Origin: Meiothermus sp.
GTDB taxonomy: Bacteria; Deinococcota; Deinococci; Deinococcales; Thermaceae
Length of the DNA: 64,000 nucleotides
Reading direction: 5' to 3'
Assembly: GCA_033762915.1 (NCBI GenBank)
Contig: JANRLD010000071.1
Span: 1-64,000 of the forward strand
Position numbers and translations under genes: made by a program. This document shows positions 60,394 to 64,000 of the stretch, piece by piece. Every line of letters starts with the position of its first letter. Positions within the stretch are counted from its first letter, which is position 1. The notes under the pieces are model-generated. The model was not told where the DNA came from, ran no database searches, and worked only from the letters and a program-made list of their open reading frames with translations.

Positions 60394-61386
60394 ATGCAAC
60401 ACGCTATGCCACGCCAACTTATTGACCGGTACGGTCGGCTCATCAAGGACCTGCGGCTCTCCGTCACGCCGCGCTGCAACCTGCACTGCCTGTACTGCCA
60501 CCCGTTGGGTTTTGAGCAGGCCGAGCCGCCGAACAGCGTCAACGTCGAGGATGTGCGCCACTTCCTGACCGCAATGCACATGCTTGGCCTCGAGTCGGTG
60601 CGCTTCACCGGGGGCGAACCACTGGTGCGCAAAGAGCTACCCCAGATGATCGAGGTGGCCAGAGAGGTCGGCATTCACGACATCGCCATCACCACCAACG
60701 GCCTCTTATTCAAGCGAAAGGCCAAGGAGCTGGTGGCGGCCGGCCTCAAGCGGATCAACCTCTCTATGGACTCCGTAACCCCTGAGGTTTTCAAGACCAT
60801 GACCCGCGGCGGCCAGGTGGAAAAGGTCTGGGAGGCCATCGAGACGGCCTGGGAGTTGGGGCTGCACCCGGTTAAGATCAATGCAGTAATGATCCGCGGA
60901 ATGAACGAGGACGAGGTAATTCCGTTGGCCTCACTCTCGCTGGACAAACCGCTGGAAGTGCGATTTCTCGAGTACATGCACCTCGACAACTCCAACCCCG
61001 AAATCTACCAGCAGCGCTTCATTGCCGGTTCCGAGACCAGGGCCCGAATCGAGCGACACTTCGGCCCCCTCTCAACGGTAGACAACGACCCCAGCGCTCC
61101 AGCGCGCGTTTACCAGATTCCCGGCGCAGTGGGCAAAATCGGCTTTATCAACCCGGTGGCCGAGCCTTTTTGCTCCAAGTGCTCGAGGTTGCGGCTGACC
61201 TCAGACAAAAAGATTCGTCCCTGCCTGCTGACCGACCTCGAGATGGACATCAACTGGGCCTTTCAAGCCGATAACCCTGTCGAGGCGCTGGTGGATGCCA
61301 TCCTGCTGGCAACAGACCGCAAGCCCGCCTTCGGTAACGTGTTGCCCACGCTGCGGGAGCGGGTAATGGTGGGGATCGGGGGGTGA
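60394..61386 (+). CDS. moaA: GTP 3',8-cyclase
   Basis: LRLSVT.RCNLHCLYC radical SAM motif, FC..C.RLRLT.D....PCL and C-terminal IGG. The start may be 60406. Confidence 0.96.
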   Translation: MQHAMPRQLIDRYGRLIKDLRLSVTPRCNLHCLYCHPLGFEQAEPPNSVNVEDVRHFLTAMHMLGLESVRFTGGEPLVRKELPQMIEVAREVGIHDIAITTNGLLFKRKAKELVAAGLKRINLSMDSVTPEVFKTMTRGGQVEKVWEAIETAWELGLHPVKINAVMIRGMNEDEVIPLASLSLDKPLEVRFLEYMHLDNSNPEIYQQRFIAGSETRARIERHFGPLSTVDNDPSAPARVYQIPGAVGKIGFINPVAEPFCSKCSRLRLTSDKKIRPCLLTDLEMDINWAFQADNPVEALVDAILLATDRKPAFGNVLPTLRERVMVGIGG

Positions 61387-61579
61387 GGCGAGAGAGTCGG
61401 CGGCGCAGTTAAAACAACCAAGAAGGTTGAACTTGTACCTCTCGAGTTGGAGAAAGTGTCACCATCTATAGTTCGCTGAGGTGACTTTTGGGTGCGATCA
61501 GTGCAGCAGATACTGGCCGCAAACGTTTGGTTTGGAGTTGCGCAATTAACTGCACCTTAACCCCCTCCTCCTAAGGTGG

Positions 61580-62131
61580 GTGGAGATGGTACTGCCTGTG
61601 GCAAACCCTGAAACTTTTCCCGTACTCGAGTCGACCCGGCTGCGGTTGCGGCAAATTCTGCCCACAGACGCGCCGCAGCTCTTCGACCTCTACGACGAGC
61701 CGGAAGTGGCCAAATACCTCGATATCGAGCCACTAAGTAGCCTCGAGGAAGCCCAGGAGCTGGTGGAGGCTTACCGACAGGGCTTTGTCCAGGGACACAA
61801 TCTTTACTGGGCCATCACCCAGCAGTCTTCCGAAGAACTGATTGGGACGGTTGGATTCTTCTTCCTGCCCGACGGCGAGTCGGCAGAGCTGGACTTTGAA
61901 CTCTTGCCCTACCACTGGAACCAGGGCATCATTTCCGAAGCCCTGGCCCTGGCCCTCGAGTTTGCGCGGGAGAGCCTTGGACTGACCCACATCGAAGCCT
62001 ACGTCGTCAAGGAGAACCCCGCCTCGATTCGGGTGCTGGAGAAGCTGGGATTTTCGCTGGAGGCGCGGTTGGAGGGGGAGTTCGACACCGAGGCGGGTCG
62101 GCTGGACGCCCTAATGTATGTGAAGAGGTAA
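61580..62131 (+). CDS. GNAT (RimJ/RimL-type) N-acetyltransferase
   Basis: FPVLESTRLRLR, WNQGI.SEAL and ENPASIRVLEKLGF motifs. Confidence 0.85.
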   Translation: MEMVLPVANPETFPVLESTRLRLRQILPTDAPQLFDLYDEPEVAKYLDIEPLSSLEEAQELVEAYRQGFVQGHNLYWAITQQSSEELIGTVGFFFLPDGESAELDFELLPYHWNQGIISEALALALEFARESLGLTHIEAYVVKENPASIRVLEKLGFSLEARLEGEFDTEAGRLDALMYVKR

Positions 62132-62238
62132 GTCCCCCAAGCTTGCGTTAAGCTGCCAGTAGTAGTACGTCCACCAAGGGGGCGTAATAATTTGTACATT
62201 TCCGGTCTGCCGGTCCTTAGCGAACGGCATGAGCCCTT

Positions 62239-63198
62239 CTACAACAGCTCGAGACCGCTCCAGCCAGTCAACAAGTCTTCTTCGGTCAGGGCCTCTCCGC
62301 CCGCCTCGGGGGTCCAGGTGATGTAAGTGGCCAGGGTAGTGACGGGGGTCGTAGAAGCCAGCGCCATCAGCGCTGCTCGAGCCTCGGCGGCCCGAACGGG
62401 GGTTTGGACCTGGGGGAGTGTTCCGTGGGCCGCGACCACAAAGGTCACCAGGATGTAGCGCCCATCCGGCTCGGCCTTGGGTTCGTAACTGGCGTTGATC
62501 TCGGTCTTGCCCTCAAACTTGCGGAAGGTCTCCACAAACTCCGACCTGGCCTCGGTCATCCAGCGGTCGAACTGTCCTTCGGCCTGAGTGAGGCCGCCAG
62601 TCCAGGTCTCGTAACTGCCGAAGCGCCAGCCGGCCTTGTAGCGCAGCATCAGCACGGCGGTGTTGTCGATCAGGTCGGCCAGGCCCTTGGTGGTCGTGGT
62701 GTTGGCATCAGAGGCAACCCGTTTTAAGGCGTCTTGTAGCTGGCGGCTATAGAGGGTGGCGATGCGCAGCCGGGCCACGGTGCTCTCGACCTCGCCCCCA
62801 GTCCCGCCCTGACCCGCCCGACTCAGCCCCCGCACCATCGAGAAGGCGATCAGAATGAAGGCCCCGATGAAAATAATCCCAATAATGTCGACTCCAGCTC
62901 CACCGATGCCCGGCGCGCCCGGCGTGACGATGACCGGGCCGCCGCGTGGGTAATAGTCGCCCGGATACGTCGGATAGGTCGGGTAGCTGCGCGGGGTGGG
63001 TACCGGGAACGAGGGCGAGGGGCTGGGGTTGACCCGCGGTACCGAGGGCGCTCGAGGGGTGGAGAAACCGCCGCGACCGCCGACCCCGCCGCCGCTCCGC
63101 TGGGCAAAGGCGTCGCTGGTGACTAAACCAGGGGCCAGCAAGGGAGCTTGTCCCAGCAGCAGCAGCCCAATGATGCCCCATATCAAGTAGCGTTGCAT
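62239..63198 (-). CDS. DUF1517 domain protein
   Basis: Signal-like N-terminus, SGG..GG.GGF Gly/Pro-rich region, TM helix, C-terminal WTP...E.LTEEDLL. Confidence 0.85.
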   Translation of the reverse strand: MQRYLIWGIIGLLLLGQAPLLAPGLVTSDAFAQRSGGGVGGRGGFSTPRAPSVPRVNPSPSPSFPVPTPRSYPTYPTYPGDYYPRGGPVIVTPGAPGIGGAGVDIIGIIFIGAFILIAFSMVRGLSRAGQGGTGGEVESTVARLRIATLYSRQLQDALKRVASDANTTTTKGLADLIDNTAVLMLRYKAGWRFGSYETWTGGLTQAEGQFDRWMTEARSEFVETFRKFEGKTEINASYEPKAEPDGRYILVTFVVAAHGTLPQVQTPVRAAEARAALMALASTTPVTTLATYITWTPEAGGEALTEEDLLTGWSGLELL

Positions 63199-63255
63199 CG
63201 CCTTCAGTATAGGGGCAGAGGGCAGTGGAAGTGTTGGTTGGCTTTAGGCTGGGCT

Positions 63256-63362
63256 GCTTATCGCGTTCCACCATTACCTCCCTCGTGGCGTTAGGCAATG
63301 TTCTCCCTTTAGCAAAAACCGCCCGCTTTAGCGCCGTAGGGAGTATGCGCAGGAACCGCTCT
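63256..63362. repeat. Palindromic intergenic repeat (family copy C, degenerate)
   Basis: Aligns with the reverse complement of 26350-26452 (ttacctccctcg..gcaatgt.ctccct..agcaaaaaccgc..gtagggagta..ggaaccgctct), with a ~11-12 nt insertion in the loop. Confidence 0.8.
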
Positions 63363-63416
63363 TGCTTCTCGCGCAATGTATGCCCTCCCCCTCTTTGAAT
63401 CAAGTATTGCACTAAA

Positions 63417-63446
63417 CTTGACATAATGAGACTCAGGTTTTATTCT
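63417..63446 (+). promoter_or_regulatory. lon promoter overlapped by an HspR (HAIR-like) operator
   Basis: TTGACA-17 nt-TATTCT (63418-63446). CTTGACA-N7-ACTCAGG (63417-63437) compared with HAIR consensus CTTGAGT-N7-ACTCAAG. Confidence 0.75.
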
Positions 63447-63540
63447 TTTCGGTCTGGCATCCTCCGAATGGGGGAGAACTCGATTTCTTACGGTTACTTG
63501 ACCCGCGCGGTAGTAGACTGCGTGTAACGGGGGAGACAGA

Positions 63541-64000
63541 ATGAGCGACAAAAACGAAACGTCCACCAACACCCATCTGCCCGAAAACCTTCCGGTTTGC
63601 CCCGTTCGAGGCTCGGTTATTTACCCGGGCATGGTGATGCCCATCGACGCCGGGCGGCCGATCTCGATCAAGGCCATCGACCGTGCGTTGGCCCAAGAGA
63701 GGGTCATCCTCATCGTCAGCCAGCGCGACAAGGAGACCGAAGAACCCACCGGGGCCGACCTGTTCGACGTGGGAACCGCCTGTAATGTTCTGCGGATGCG
63801 GAAAAACTCTGACGGCTCGGTGCAGATGCTGGTGCAGGCCTTCGCCCGGGTGCGGGTGCTGCGCTACTCCAGCCTGAATGGTCATCTCGAGGCCGAGGTC
63901 AGCCGGGTGGTCGAAGTCGACGGTAAGGAGACCGAAGTGCGCGCCCTGTTCCGCGAGGTCAAGGAGCGCTTTGAGAACTTGCTCAAGGAGGGCAAGTATC
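63541..64000 (+). CDS. lon: Lon protease (endopeptidase La), 3' partial
   Basis: MSDKNETS...LPVCPVRGSVIYPGMVMPIDAGRPISIKAI...IVSQRD...VGTAC is a Lon N-terminal domain; SD GGGAG; the frame runs off the window. Confidence 0.9.
   Translation, partial: MSDKNETSTNTHLPENLPVCPVRGSVIYPGMVMPIDAGRPISIKAIDRALAQERVILIVSQRDKETEEPTGADLFDVGTACNVLRMRKNSDGSVQMLVQAFARVRVLRYSSLNGHLEAEVSRVVEVDGKETEVRALFREVKERFENLLKEGKY

Overview
GC-rich chromosomal window, most likely from a Meiothermus/Calidithermus-like member of Deinococcota (Thermaceae). The assignment is inferred from gene content and from many SD-less genes with a TANNNT box 5-8 nt before the start codon. The window is mostly housekeeping and metabolic genes (nifJ with a DHOD-like gene, argB, gpsA, udp, purH, dcd, rsmD-coaD, accBC, trxA, ftsY, sua5, moaA, lon) plus tRNA-Pro and tRNA-Gly. 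The best candidate for an undescribed system is a ~10.4 kb module at 26545-36918. A BTAD-STAND-TPR regulator faces a divergent run of a 60-aa protein, a lipoprotein, a membrane Ser/Thr kinase, an FHA-FHA-TM-trypsin protease, a second lipoprotein and an S8 protease lipoprotein, and the head of this run appears to be dual-coding. Other observations: a dispersed ~80-105 bp palindromic intergenic repeat family, strong frame-independent enrichment of CTCGAG, an adenylate-kinase-like gene broken by two in-frame TAGs, an Ig/cohesin-like/dockerin-like lipoprotein with a QGQP repeat, and a HAIR-like operator over the lon promoter. I saw no CRISPR array, transposase, integrase or phage gene. All family assignments come from motif recognition by eye; no database searches were run.
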